Position numbers and translations under genes: made by a program
Shown: one piece after another, positions 26,147 to 40,035 of the stretch
Layout: every line of letters starts with the position of its first letter
How positions within the stretch are numbered: the first letter of the stretch is position 1
The notes under the pieces: generated by a model
The model's input: the letters and a program-made list of their open reading frames with translations, nothing else
Told to the model about the DNA's origin: nothing
Databases searched by the model: none
DNA from: Eledone cirrhosa
Lineage: Eukaryota
Assembly (NCBI GenBank): GCA_964016885.1
Contig: OZ024745.1
Span: 52,762,001-52,826,000, forward strand
DNA length: 64,000 bases
Direction of reading: 5' to 3'

Positions 26147-26291
26147 TCAGTTTTAGTTTTAAGTTTTTACCGGTTGCGCATTTCTAATGCTTTTCAAAAA
26201 TAGTTTTGAGATAGAGCGCCCGTGATGTTTGCTCTAAATTTTGAAAGGCATTAGAAATGCGCAACCGGTAAAAACTTAAAACTAAAACTGA
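26147..26291. repeat. Inverted repeat (~53-bp arms) with variant HHR-like core
   Basis: Arms 26147-26200 and 26238-26291. Each reads TTTGAAA(G/A)GCAT tagaa ATGC-GCAACCGGTA-AAA. Confidence 0.8.
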
Positions 26292-27064
26292 ATACTAACC
26301 AATACTTATTACTAATTTTTACTTATTCCTAATTAAATTATTTTTCACTTGGAACAATTTGTCAGCATTTTCTTTTCCTTTTACTAATATATCACAACTC
26401 GTGTGTTACACCTCTATTCTTTTAAATATATATATATAATTTAAAAATGTATGCTCTGTGCCTTTTTCCAAGCGGTTATTGTATCGAGCCTCTTTGAATT
26501 TGGTAAGAAACTGCTATTAGACCTAATTTATTCATATCCTTTATTGATATATATATATATATATATACATTCATTTTTTATGGCTATCGGTGAGCTTTCC
26601 TACTCTAAAGTTTCACCTGTGAACACACAGGATCACCAGTTTTGTCTGCTGAGTAGGCAGGTAAGTCTCTAGAATAACCTGGCTTAGCCATAATGAATGA
26701 ATGTTTAAACTGACCTTCGGTATTTTAGTTTTCATTCATACGTCCTTTAATTATTCACTTACTCTCAAGTCTTGAATAATAGTCGGCATCCCCCGCTTAT
26801 TAATTTATCAGTTTTCACCAATACACCCACCACCCCAACCCCGTTTTCATTACAACCATTTATTAAACTTTGCTCATATATCTCTGGCAAAATTCTATTG
26901 TAAGCGAGTCAGATTGATATAGTTAATCTAATAATAATATTCTACATTAAAAAATATGCTGTATGTCAAAAGAATAAAATTAGAAGAAACCCGATATTTC
27001 CGAACGTATATTATACAATTACTGATTTCCCAAGACACCCACCCACATTATTTGGGACCCGAGA

Positions 27065-27850
27065 GTGCCACCAAAATCTCCTCCTTCGATGTCTATCGCA
27101 CAAAATTATATTTTAATCCACCTCTCTGAATCTACTAAAACCAAACTATCTACCACGAAACCGCCTCTCCTATCCCACTCTCTATATCTAAGACTAATAC
27201 ACTCTCTACCTCTCTATAAATATTTACACTTATCTTTACCAGTCCCATTCTGTATATCAATTAACATCAAATTCTCCCAATCCATGTATCTACTACTCGG
27301 CAATCTCCCAATATCCCTATCTGCATATCTACAACCACCAAACTCTCCTCCTCTCTATATTTACTACTCAGTACACTCTACCAACACTCCTCTCTATATC
27401 AATTAACACCAAATTCTCCCACTCTCTATATCTAGAACACGGAACTCTCTCCCAACCCCCTCACTATATCAATTGCCACCAAACTATCCACTCTCTATAT
27501 CTACCTTACAAGACTCTCTCATCCCCTATCATTCTATGCATCCCTGCCAAACATTCCCCTTATCTATATCAATCCTCTCACTCTACTTATTAACACCAAA
27601 CTCTCCCCCTCGCTATATCTTCTACACGGAACCCTCTTTCAATCTCACTCTCTATATCAATTAAACGCCAAACTCTCCCTCTCTCTATATCTACTACATA
27701 AATGCTACTCTCTATATCAATAAACATTAATCTCTCCCTCTCTATATATCTAATATACAACAAACTCTCCCTACCTCCCACTCTACATCAATTACCTACA
27801 AACTCTCCACATTTCTATATCTATATTTATCCTTCCCATCTCTCTATACA
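27065..27850 (+). repeat. Degenerate minisatellite array (~35/71-bp CT-rich units: CTCTCTATATCTAC...CCAAACTCTCC)
   Basis: Recurrent CTCTCTATATC(T/A)A and CCAAA(C/T)TCTCC motifs, related to the reverse-complement array at 49970-50760. Confidence 0.75.
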
Positions 27851-28224
27851 TAACATGTACATATATTGCAGCGCACATACTAATAGATCTTTGTTTTGCT
27901 AGTTTTGGATGAAATATATAATTATTGGGGGCAGAGGGCATAGCCCTTTTCGACGGCCCCCCAGTTCTATAAACCCAGCGTTAAAACAAGCTGAATATCT
28001 CCCCTTCACCAGTTAATTTCGCAGTATGTTTCATGAGCAGCCACCATCTGGGCTTTAGTTATTTTGTCTCAGTAGCCAGTGAGTAGATGTTGCTGGTGGA
28101 GAATTAAAATTGAAGAATAAGATAGAACACTTATCGGACGTTATTCTGTCTTCAGGAACGAATGAGGTTAAACAATAGAGGAGGTACGATTGTTTGAAAA
28201 AAAGAACATCTTAGTATAAGAATA

Positions 28225-28297
<73 letters not shown>

Positions 28298-28326
28298 TTA
28301 TACATATATATATGTGTGTGTGTGTG

Positions 28327-28416
<90 letters not shown>

Positions 28417-28421
28417 TGTGT

Positions 28422-28636
28422 GGATTGGCAAAATCACTAGAGTGTCGTACAAAATATTTTACATTAATTGGTTATGGCCCTTTGCATTCTGAATTCAAAT
28501 CCCGGCCTGGTTAGCTTTGCCTTTCATCCTTACGGGATCAATAAAATAAAGTACCAGTAACGCAATGGGATTGATTTACACGACTCTCCCCTATACTTAA
28601 AATTGCAGGCCTTGTGCCAAATGTAGAAACAATTAC
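28422..28636 (+). mobile_element. SINE copy
   Basis: GGATTGGCAAAATC head, GAATTCAAATCCCGG...GCCTTTCATCCTTACGGGATCAATAAAATAAAGTACCAG core, GGCCTTGTGCCAAATGTAGAAAC tail. Confidence 0.8.
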
Positions 28637-31600
28637 AGTATATACACTTTTGATTTTGTGGTTGCGTTGTCACGGCATTCTCAATGTTGTGTGGTTGTGT
28701 TTAAATTCTGTTTGGTTTGTGACAGCTAAGATATAAGATTGTTATTTTAGAGTGAAATCGTGATTTATAATTTTATTGTGTTGATTTAAACTTGAAATAA
28801 TTGCTATATGATCGGATGGAGATCGGGATATCAATATGTTTTGACAGATTATTTTTCTCTTTCTTTACTGTCTGAATTATGTTATTAATGTTATAATGCT
28901 TTGTTGATGATTTCAAGTGAGTATTTATTTCTAATAGAAAACTGTCAAAACATAAAGAAAAATACTAGATATTTGGATTATATAGAATTTCACGAACTGC
29001 TGACACTATAATGCAATGATGCTGTGATTGTAGTTTGTCAGCGCTCTGAATCACTTATTATTCAAGTTTGATTCCGACTTTATATCTAGCATCTTAATGA
29101 AATGGTAATATGCCCAATAAAGGAAATGTCACATTCCCACGAATTGATTTTCTTATACAGTAATTTCAATGTCCGTGTGTCGTGTATTTCATAAATATTT
29201 TAAATCCGACGCCGGTGGCTTGTATTCATGCTTTTTGCAGATGAATATTGCGGTATAATGTTGATGATATTGAAATTCCTTTCTATTAGCTTAAACAACG
29301 GAGGGTGAACATTGTAACGCAATTGATCTCGATGATACGTAATTAGAAAGAGAGATATTGCCCCCACAGTCATGTCGATCGCATGTTCATAAATATAGCA
29401 TTCTATTAATGAACTACATTATATGTACATATGTGTGTGTGTGTAACAGTTTGATTTAAAAATTAGGCTCGGTTATTACAATGAAAATATCATTAAAACA
29501 CTTTGCGAAATATAGGAAACAGAAAACGCGTAAGACACAAATACATGGTCAATTACTGCCACCAGGCTGTCTTTCTGGGGATCATTATAGATGCGGGTGC
29601 TTTATAAGACAATACTATTCCCCAGCAGTGCATCAATAGAAACCACGGAGTTGTCCATGGATAGCGGTTCGGATATTGGACAGAAAAAATACACAAAAGA
29701 AAGGCAAGAATAACTACATACAGATATGGGACAGGCAAATTGCTACAATAGAAAGCAACACAAATTAGAGTTAGGTGACCGCAGTAAAAACGAAGAAATG
29801 AAGTAAATTAATACTAGTTCGAGCTGTAAGCCCTAGAATTAATTTTAAAAGAGGAGTCTTGGTGAAGATTAGTAATCGGTTCGGTGTCAAATCACAAAAA
29901 ACTATGATGAAGGCTTTGAAGGTTAGGCAGTGTTTAGCACTGAGGAAGAGGAGAAAAAAGATAGATAGATGGAGAAATAGTTTCACTGGTCGAGATAGTG
30001 AACAAAGAATCATAAATTCCATCTGGACAGAAAAGAACTTCCATTTTTTTATCATCATCATATCAGATCACATCATCAGGTGCAAGGAATGAGATGTGGT
30101 AGAGTCGGTGAAGCTGATAATTACTTGGATTCTAAAATATGGGGATCCAGAATGTATAGTTTGGTGATTGATGTGTGTATAACCAGTAGATGGAATATAT
30201 CACATATCTATAGATAGATATATGTCAGACGATTTGCTGAAACCAGCGATCTATCGTTGCTTAGTGCACTTCGACTTCGTTTCGTGTAAATCATTTAAGA
30301 GACAGGATGAATGATGCATTTGATGCATATATCTATATGAATATAGATCTTTGGTCCCGAATGGCACCACCAGACTCGTCAAATTACATACTGGTCTAAT
30401 GCATTCAGGTGAACGGAAACATCTAACTCTAACTTACAGCCTCAGACGCACATAAAGTCGTGCTCGTCCCTCCGAGTATATCTTATGTATCAAGGTATGG
30501 GATGAAACGTCTATAGGGTTGTTCCACCCCTTAATTCCACTTCGAATCATTCCCATCAATCTACTTAACCGAAATACTGAAAGAGCTTTTACGAAATTTC
30601 CCTTTACCAGAATGAACTGACACAGTGTTTATCAACTTCAGCAGGGCTCCAGTGTACATAACTTGCTCAAGGATATTCAGTGATGACATAATGAGTTATT
30701 CCTAAACACTACATAATGTAACTATATGGTAATTATATATGTTACTTTTAATTTAAATACATGCCCATACATGACACTGAAAATATTAAATCAATCATTA
30801 CACTGGTGCGTACGAGAAAGATTCAGTGAAAATGTCATACAAATAACATAGATAACAAAGAGACCCTATATATTGGAATTTATTCAAGATTTATGAAATA
30901 ACTACAAATTATTACAGCATTTGTTGCATCTAATGTCTCCATAGTATACCATATATTAATGTCAAAGTAGGGTAAAATATACAATCCCGATTATTATGTG
31001 AACCATGTAATACGAAATTTAGCAATTACAGGAAACATTTGATAATAGTTTTCGAATGGGCTACATGCAATATTCTAAGTTTCAAACAATTTGCTTAATT
31101 TTTGTTTTACGGAAATATCTCATTATGTAGTATTTGTTTTTATATCGAATTTCTGATTTCTAGACGTGATATGTATCTCAAGTACACACACATTGCCTAT
31201 TTAGAGCATTTAATTAATTTCTTAAGTTATTCAGTTCGTTTTAGTTAAAACAATTAAGGTCAGGCTGGAGTACAAATCAAGGGATAAAATGACACAAAAA
31301 ATGTTGTTTTATTCACATCACATAAGCCAATATAACATTTGAGATGTTTAGTTAGATGTGCTTCCTCCTTCTCATATTCTGTCTCGTTACATATGAAAGA
31401 AATGAATGTGTAATAACTATCACATAATGATAGAGTATTTTAAAATATATTGGTGATAATTATTATTTTATTTATTTGAGGTTTTTTGCACAAAATTAAT
31501 TTGAGTCACATAGTATACAATACTGAAAAGTTGGCTCTGTTGACTACATTTATTTAATGAAAACTGACCTTACTTCCAATTGTTCTAAGCTCCATTAATT

Positions 31601-32236
31601 CTGTCGAGTAATTTAAATATTCGATATTCTAATGTTGCCTATTCATTTATATTGAAGTTATTTAAAGAAACGATATCAGAACTCTATTAAAGGAATAAAA
31701 AACAAATAGACATTAAAAAACTGTATTATCCTATTCTATTTTGATTTTTACTATTTACTGTTTTCAAATACACATTCAACTTTAGTAATTTATTTTACTT
31801 TGTGAACTTGACGTCCAGACAGACCCTATAGAAATCTGGTCAGTTGCTTCTCAAAACTTCAATGGCGTACAAAGTTTGATTAATAAATGACATTTCAGCT
31901 TCCTCATAGAAACACACGGAAGAGTTGTATCGATCTTTTATTGATCGAGATTATAAGATTTATAATAATTATTCTACAATGTGTGTTTTTTATGCTAATC
32001 AACACATTTCCTGGAAAGTTGTCTAAGTGAATTCGAATTGTATCCAGGAGATATTGTTTTCTGAAATAACCAGCCATGAGTTTGAAATTAGATTTATTAC
32101 AGACGAGATAAGGAGTTTTTTTTATGTAGATGTAGATTCCATTGCTTGAATCTGTTTGACAGGAAATCGTGAGTAATATATTTCAACACACTTTCGTCAT
32201 TTTTAAATATTTAGGTTGCTATTTCAGTTTATACCT

Positions 32237-32341
<105 letters not shown>

Positions 32342-32344
32342 CAA

Positions 32345-32540
32345 AGGAGTTGTGGTAAAGAACCAGATGGATCATAACGCACCAGAATACTCAATACTTA
32401 GGTTAGTAGAGTGGGTAATAGGAACATATATACCCCACGGCAGAGCTCAAGCTGTTTTGACGGCTATTTCTGGACGGAAATAGCCGTCGAAACGGCTTGA
32501 GCTCTGCCGTCGGGGTCATACATTTTCCTATTAACCTCAT
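32345..32540 (+). mobile_element. Short hairpin element (~60-bp stem) next to (TA)n; MITE/Crypton-like
   Basis: Inverted repeat 32414-32536 (GGTAATAGGAA...CGGCAGAGCTCAAGC...GCTTGAGCTCTGCCGTCGGGG...TTCCTATTAACC). A second copy is at 49396-49553. Confidence 0.65.
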
Positions 32541-33093
32541 AATAATTCTATTGACAGATTAATTGCATAAGTTTATTTTAAAAACTACCCGGTTGAGTGC
32601 TTATTCGATTTCTGCTATTTATGCAATGTTTTACATATACACATACTGAATTCATTTGCCAAAATCTGGGTTGTTTCCCTTGTGAATTACACATGTGCTT
32701 TTACAAAGCTTTACGTCATTCACAAAGTTGGTACAGAGCAAAATACCTGTTGATAACGTGATATTCCTTGTTCGGGCATTATACCAAAAGCTTATAGTTT
32801 TAAGCAGACAGTATTATTGATTTAGGTGTCATAGAAACCCTGCATTTGGATTTTACCATCAATTCCAATGGGTCCAGGTCTGTTTTTATCATTTATTCTG
32901 TTTGACCTGTTTAGCTTGATTTGTTTTTTGGCTTAGGTGGTTAATACCTTCTTGACAACTTTTTTTTATTTTGTATGGCGTTTTAACACATTGTTTAGCT
33001 CTGGTTTTTGAACTATGGAGCGCTTGCCAGCATACCTCTAATTTTTGCGTTTCGTTTCGCTTTTTGTACCCGTCGAAATACGATTCTCGCTGA

Positions 33094-33132
<39 letters not shown>

Positions 33133-33182
33133 AAATAAAGTTAAATAAAAAGTCAAATGTTTCAAATTTAGCTTCGTTTATT

Positions 33183-33237
33183 ACTGCTATATATATTTCA
33201 GTGACAGCCATCTTTGGCTGTGACCTCTTCAGGCAGT
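33183..33237 (-). ncRNA. Type I hammerhead ribozyme with intact core
   Basis: Minus strand: ACTGC-CTGAAGA-GGTCACAGCC aaagat GGCTGTCACT-GAAA-T ATAT ATA-GCAGT, then AATAAA. Stem I is 5 bp, stem II has ACAGCC/GGCTGT, stem III is palindromic, triplet AUA. Lies in a ~225-bp insert between two (TA)n tracts. Confidence 0.75.
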
Positions 33238-33350
33238 TTGAATTAGTGTGGTATAGACAAGTACATGTGTTGTTGAGGTGTATAATTTTGTCAATACTCT
33301 GATATGCCCAGTTCCTGGTTGGGTTGTTATTTCACTGAGGAACTGGAATC

Positions 33351-33440
<90 letters not shown>

Positions 33441-33619
33441 GGTATACATTTATTTAAGGTGGGGCAGATAATGTTGTTAGAATTCAATGCAGTGTTTTAT
33501 AGTGATAGATTCATCAAAGAGATGCATTAGGGATTACATTTGGTAGTAGACTCTGGTCGCATAAGGTATCTTTGAATAATGTACAAAGGTTGCAGAGTCA
33601 ATAAAATAAGCGTATCTTG

Positions 33620-33960
33620 GACAATAAAAATGAAACAAAATCAAGTTTAGTTTGTTAAGAGTACTTTCTTATTTTACGATCGTTTCAGAGCGCTTATTAA
33701 TCATGGTAAATCAATTGATCGAACACTATTTAAGGGTTACATCACCACCTATTTTTAGTGCCGATAATCAAGATACACACGTCTATATCAGAAATAATGA
33801 CATTGTAGCAATTGATTATTTCTGAGTAGTACGGAGTCATTGATCTCGGATATCGACTTTAAAAGTAGGTGGCGAGGTAAACATTACCACCAGGTAATCA
33901 ATTATACTATTTACCATCATCAATCAGCACTCCAAATAGATCGATCGAACGTAAAACAGT
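33620..33960. repeat. Decayed fold-back element with GAAACGATCGTA motif
   Basis: TTTTACGATCGTTTC (33672-33686) is shared with 39647-39661. Partial inverted complementarity (CCACCTATTTTTA / TAAAAGTAGGTGG). Flanked by (TA)n. Confidence 0.5.
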
Positions 33961-34015
33961 GAAGAACGATATACAACCTACACCCATATATATATTATAT
34001 ATATATATATTATAT

Positions 34016-34092
<77 letters not shown>

Positions 34093-34394
34093 GGGCCTAC
34101 TCTGGGCCTGACATGTTGGCTGAAGTGTTCATAGAGGAAGATCTAGGTAATTAGGGTGGATTCGGATCTGTCGGATTTCCAAACTGCTCCTGGCTGATGT
34201 TACCCCTATTGGGAAATCCTGTTGTTTTAATTGATTGTTATCTTGTTCCCCGTTTTCCTTGTTTATGCGATTCCTTATATATATATATCCACTATACTTG
34301 CCTGTTTGTATTTTCCCTTAATTTTCAGACCTAGTGACTAATAATGGAATTATAAAATTTTAAGGAAATCATTACTATTATTTTTAGTAGTAGT

Positions 34395-34690
34395 GCTTTG
34401 CCGCATAGAGTTACGGCCCTTTATGATCTGAGTTCAAATCCCGCCGAGGTTAACTTTGCCTTTTATCCTTACGGGGTCGATAAAATAAAGTATCAGTCAC
34501 GCACTGGGGTCGATTTAATCGACTTTCCCCTCCACCCAGAATAATGGCCCTGTGCCTATACTATAAATCATTATTTTTAAATCCCGCCGAGGTTAACTTT
34601 GCCTTTCATCCTTACGGGGTCGATAAAATAAAGTACCAGTAATGCACTGGATAATTGCTGGGCTTGTGCCTAAAGTTGAAATAATTATTT
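34395..34690 (+). mobile_element. Two tandem SINE copies followed by (TAG)n
   Basis: SINE core at ~34428-34500 and again at ~34578-34645. (TAG)n at 34693-34733. Confidence 0.85.
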
Positions 34691-34691
34691 T

Positions 34692-34734
<43 letters not shown>

Positions 34735-36293
34735 TTTGGTGGTGGTGGTTGTAGTAGGAGTAGTAGTTTTGTTGTAGTTGTTGATATTGTTGAAATGGTA
34801 GGACGTGGGCCAGAGAATCAGAAGTCCGAAATAATGAATTATGTAATTTAGTTCCTCCCGATTCCTCCGTTTAAAATTGTATATATTTTAGAAAATCGAA
34901 AAAATTGTGTACCAAATGATTAGCGGGTTTTGTTCTGCCACTTTCCATTCAAGCATCTTCCCTATGATATATTTTCACTTCCTCCTTCCGGCATCGATAA
35001 AATATTTAAGAACCAGATACTAGGATGGAAATAGATCATTATATCACGCTTGTCATAACTCGTTAACTATCTAGGTGTCATTGACATTGTTCTTAAATGG
35101 TAGCCTTTTATATATGGTTTTCACTTCTGGATGGATAACAAAAGGACTGATGTTGCTGGAGTTGGTTTAATAACCGAAGATAGGTCCTTTATACAAGGAA
35201 TAAGAAGAAACATTCAATAATCAACATTAGCAGTATTTGAACTCGACATGTGGATTATCAAAAATCAATTGCGATAAAATGAAAGGCAAAATGTACCCTG
35301 TTGGTATTTGAACTCATTGACGACACGAAAAAAATGATATATAACATAGGTGCAGGACCTCCTGCATGGGAGAGGAATATATTCAAATATATATCCTTCC
35401 AAATTCGCATGTTACCTTAACATATCCACCTAATTGAATATACAGCACGGTGTGTTGGGACTAAAGGGCAATATTTAGAAATTAAATACAGTACAATAAA
35501 CAGAAGATATAGTGAGTGTAGACCCACCATATTGATATTTATTCCACTTTACTGCCTGAAGCTACAAATTAAGGCAATTTACGTCTTAATATAATCATGA
35601 TTTATATTGGACTCATCATGTGGGAACAGTCAGAATTCATTCGTATTAAGTCATACGCCTGTTTGCCACTAGTATTAATATTTAGCAGCTACTGCTAATC
35701 TTTCTTATTTTTCAGCTGAGTTAATTAAACAATGGCACTAACCAGCGCATGATTGGGGCTGGAACCCCTATATTAAGATCTTGAGTCTAATCGGTTAACC
35801 ACTTGTACAGGCAACGTAATATATTAAAAAGTTAGACAATTATTGTTTTAGCTTTTACAAAGTTTGTTTTGTTTGAAGTTGTTTTGTTTATAAGACTATA
35901 TAAATACATTTGATATAGATTATGAATCTCAAATACTTATGAAACATCTAAAGCAATTTCCTGAGTAATTGTATTTCTTTATATAATATGTTATCTGAAA
36001 TTAAAATATATTTGAAAAAGTCACAGATTTAGTAAATTATTTATTGTGTATAATATGAAAGAAAATCATAAAATTATTTATAATACTTTTATTAAAAATT
36101 GTTCGGTAGATGGCAGCTATTTTCAGAAGTGTTGTAAATCATAGACATAATATTTTACATATAGTTGCTTGACAATTTAATGTCAATACATCCATTGGTG
36201 AATTAACAATTGCTAAATCAAAATTATTTTAACAATATTTAAAAGTCAAACCACATTCATTAATACATTAATGTGTGTATACATATATATATA

Positions 36294-36421
<128 letters not shown>

Positions 36422-36470
36422 CGTGTGCGTGCGTTTGTGCGTGTGTATAATATATATATATATATATATA

Positions 36471-36695
36471 TAGTAATAATAATAAATTTGAAGACTAAAA
36501 TCCAAAGAGGCCTCGATAAGGATAAATATTATATCAAATATATAAGAACCGTAGAGCAAATATTTATTAAAATAACAGATTAAAGTTTAAGCAAAGAATC
36601 GCTGCTTTCACCCTTAACAGGATCTACTGAAACTGTTTCAGAAGATCCCGTTAAGGGTGAAAGCAGCGATTTTTTGCTTAAAATTTAATCTGTTA

Positions 36696-36703
<8 letters not shown>
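36471..36703 (+). mobile_element. (TA)n-embedded fold-back element (IR 36565-36703); same family as 62761-63001
   Basis: ~65-bp arms containing CAGAAGA-TCCC gttaa GGGT-GAAA (HHR-like, degenerate). The unique flank 36471-36565 matches 62905-63001 in reverse complement. Confidence 0.8.
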
Positions 36704-36756
<53 letters not shown>

Positions 36757-36847
36757 GGCGTAAATAAGAAAGCTATGAAAATTGACATACTTACTAAAAT
36801 TTCACTCCAACTAATTAGTTTCTGTAAGGGGATAAATATAGTTATGT

Positions 36848-36890
<43 letters not shown>

Positions 36891-39515
36891 CATATATATG
36901 TGTGTGTGTGTATGTATATATTTGTTAAACGAAGAAGGCATTTGTATTTGTTTGGAATCCCTACAGTTTTAAGATGTCACGCGGATCTGTATGTATGGTG
37001 CTTTTTAAAGAAATTATTACTAATTCTCTTTTCCATAATAGGTTATTAACAGATCTTTTATAATTATCATGTATCGTTCTGGAACTGTTTCCTATAATAT
37101 TTATATGCTGTCTTTTTTTTAATATAAAATCTTCGTTGAAATGTTTTGATGATTTTTAGGTGACAGTCGTAAGTCGGTAAAGATGTCTTGTGATTATAAA
37201 ATATAATGTTGGTAATTTCACTGGTTAACATTGCTCACAGTAGCCTAGTATGTATTGTTTCAGGGAACAACGTCTGCTATTATTGCAGCCCCACCTTCCT
37301 TGTATGTGATATTTGTAATCTGACTCGTTTGTATGGTTTATATTTTGCGGAAATTTGCCTGTGGTAGATTATTGATTTCTGTTAAGAATGAAAGGTTTTG
37401 TCCTGAAAGTAATCACCTCAAAATATATCATTGAAAATATTAATAATTTTTAAAGATTGAAAGTTGAAATATAGGCGCCCAACCGTATGAATTATTAGAC
37501 TGGGGTTTCTTAATCCGACCAACGGTTCTTTTCTTATGCGGGCAATTGAATTAAAAAGAACTTAAGTTACTCCATACAGTAATACCACAATCCGAGGCTT
37601 TTAGAAGATCAATACTGTTAGGAAAACAAATGTTAATGAGATAGTATCCATGGACAATGTTCCATAGCAAAGCGCAATATGTTCGATTGGAGATGTGTAT
37701 TACGATGGTATATTATACTTCATGTTTATCTATGCCTACGTTTACTCTAGGTACATGTATTTTACAAATCGCTTGAGTAACCATAGCACATTCTATATTG
37801 TAGAACTAACGAAAAACGAAAATACGCATAGATGTCGCTTAGTATGCATTTATTGTAGTATTCTAAGTATACTTTATATACAATTATATTTCCCAATTCA
37901 TGTTGAAGTGATCTCTCATCATATAAATTGGATATATTCCAAAAGAGCTCCAGGTTATGCTACAAACTCTTATGTGATATACGCAGTATATCACATAAGA
38001 GTTTGTAACACCCACATACGATGCATTCATTTTTAGTAAAAGGTATAATGAATAAACAATACATGGTTTTATATTAACAACGTAAAATAATGTGTTTCAC
38101 ACTCATGTAATATATATATCATTAAATGTTCACATTGTTTCACAAATATCAAAAATAAAGAGGTTTCTGGAATAACAATGTTAACCTCTACATGCATTTT
38201 TTTTTCTGTAACACTGAGTTAGTTTGTCTGAATATTCCTTCCGCATTAATATTCCCAAGTAAACGGTACCTCAATTTTTTTGTTTAATATCATTGCATTT
38301 TACATATTACGAATAGTTTTTAATAGAAATTTGTATTCAGCACACATACCTTGTATTGATTTTAAACCACCGTGTATAATATTATATCGGATTCCCATAG
38401 ATCCAATTTTTGCTCAACATTCATTCTTGATGCAAAGCTAAACGTAAGAACGAAAATATATTAACAATATATTAATCATAACAGAAGTTTTATCTATTCA
38501 ACAGGATGTGAATCGTTTTAAAAATCTTGATATCGAAATGACAAAAGCAAACCTAATTCAAATGTAAACATATCAATGCATCATCGTTTAGTTCTTTTTC
38601 AAAGTTGTTTATATATAGCAAAGTAGCGTATTATTTGGTTGAGAACAAATAGTGATTTGTTTAAGTTAACAACAAAAAATGTTACTTTATTGTTTTCAAG
38701 TACAACCAAAGTATAAATCGCATAAACATAAAGTTGACTTCACTGATAACAAACCAAATTAAGCTAAGTAATCAGCTTTAAACACTATCCAGTAGGCTTG
38801 TTTCCAAACACAGTTGTCTTCTACATGACTTTGGAGTCCTGTTACTGGATTCATGCAAGGAATTCATCCAAAGACAGGACTCAAAAGAAAATAGAATAAT
38901 AAAATAGAAATCTCTAATACGATGTCAATAATACCATGACTAGGATATGTAGATGTCAACAATTATCATAATTTAATGTTGATGGCCCGGAAGATCAAGC
39001 TCAAAAGGATATATAAGGAAACAACTACATATATTATACTTCATGTCAACACGTTTTTAGGATTGTTTAAGATCAATTTCCTGGAGGAGGTTATAAAGTC
39101 CCTGAGTGAAAACATCAAGGAATAACTCCAGAAAATAATTATTGACGTGAGAAATAAATAAAAACCAGGGGCCACAATGACATACAGGGCCAATGTAGTT
39201 TAACTGGAGGGGTAAAGAAGGCCTGATTAACAGTTTTGAAGGAACGGCAGAAATAAAACGTTGTGTATAAGAAGGTAGGGGAGAATCGTGGACGTGAAAG
39301 TGAGGTGGGTAAGAGACCAGTGCGAATCATCAACCCTGGAATAAAATAATGGGCAACAGCAATGTTATTTGTGACCCACTTAAAATACTAAGCAACTGAC
39401 TGCCAGTGTCATTGAGGAGAAAACAAGTTGTCTCCTCGCTGACTAGACCACTGTTATAAAAACATGATCTGAGTATTGTTAAAAGTTCGAAAAGACACCA
39501 AAATAGATGTACACC

Positions 39516-39575
<60 letters not shown>

Positions 39576-39585
39576 CATATATATA

Positions 39586-39853
39586 AATTAATAAAAACAA
39601 TGAAATAAAAACAAAGAACCAGTTCCTTATCTTAAAAAATTCATCATTTTACGATCGTTTCTAGGATGTATATGTGTGTTGCTATGTCTATCATATAGAT
39701 CTATGTAAAAATATTACAAATTATCAGAGGAAATATACATACCTTCACATATACATGCTGTCTTCATATACATCCTACAACTGATCGTGAAATGATGATT
39801 TTTTTAATATAAGGAACTTGTTCTTTGTTTTTATTTCATTGTTTTTATTAATT
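39586..39853. repeat. Inverted repeat (~88-bp arms) with degenerate HHR-like motif
   Basis: Arms 39586-39674 and 39765-39853. The minus strand shows CTGATAA (39721-39727) ... GAAAC GATC GTA (39650-39661). Confidence 0.8.
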
Positions 39854-39988
39854 CATCTTGCCTCTGTTTTCCTATGATTTTTATCGAAAATTTTTGAATG
39901 CATCTTCTCTTTTCATGATATTTGGATTACATTGAATTCTTCATACGGATTGGACACTACCGTATATTTTGGTAGATTTATCTACATA

Positions 39989-40035
<47 letters not shown>

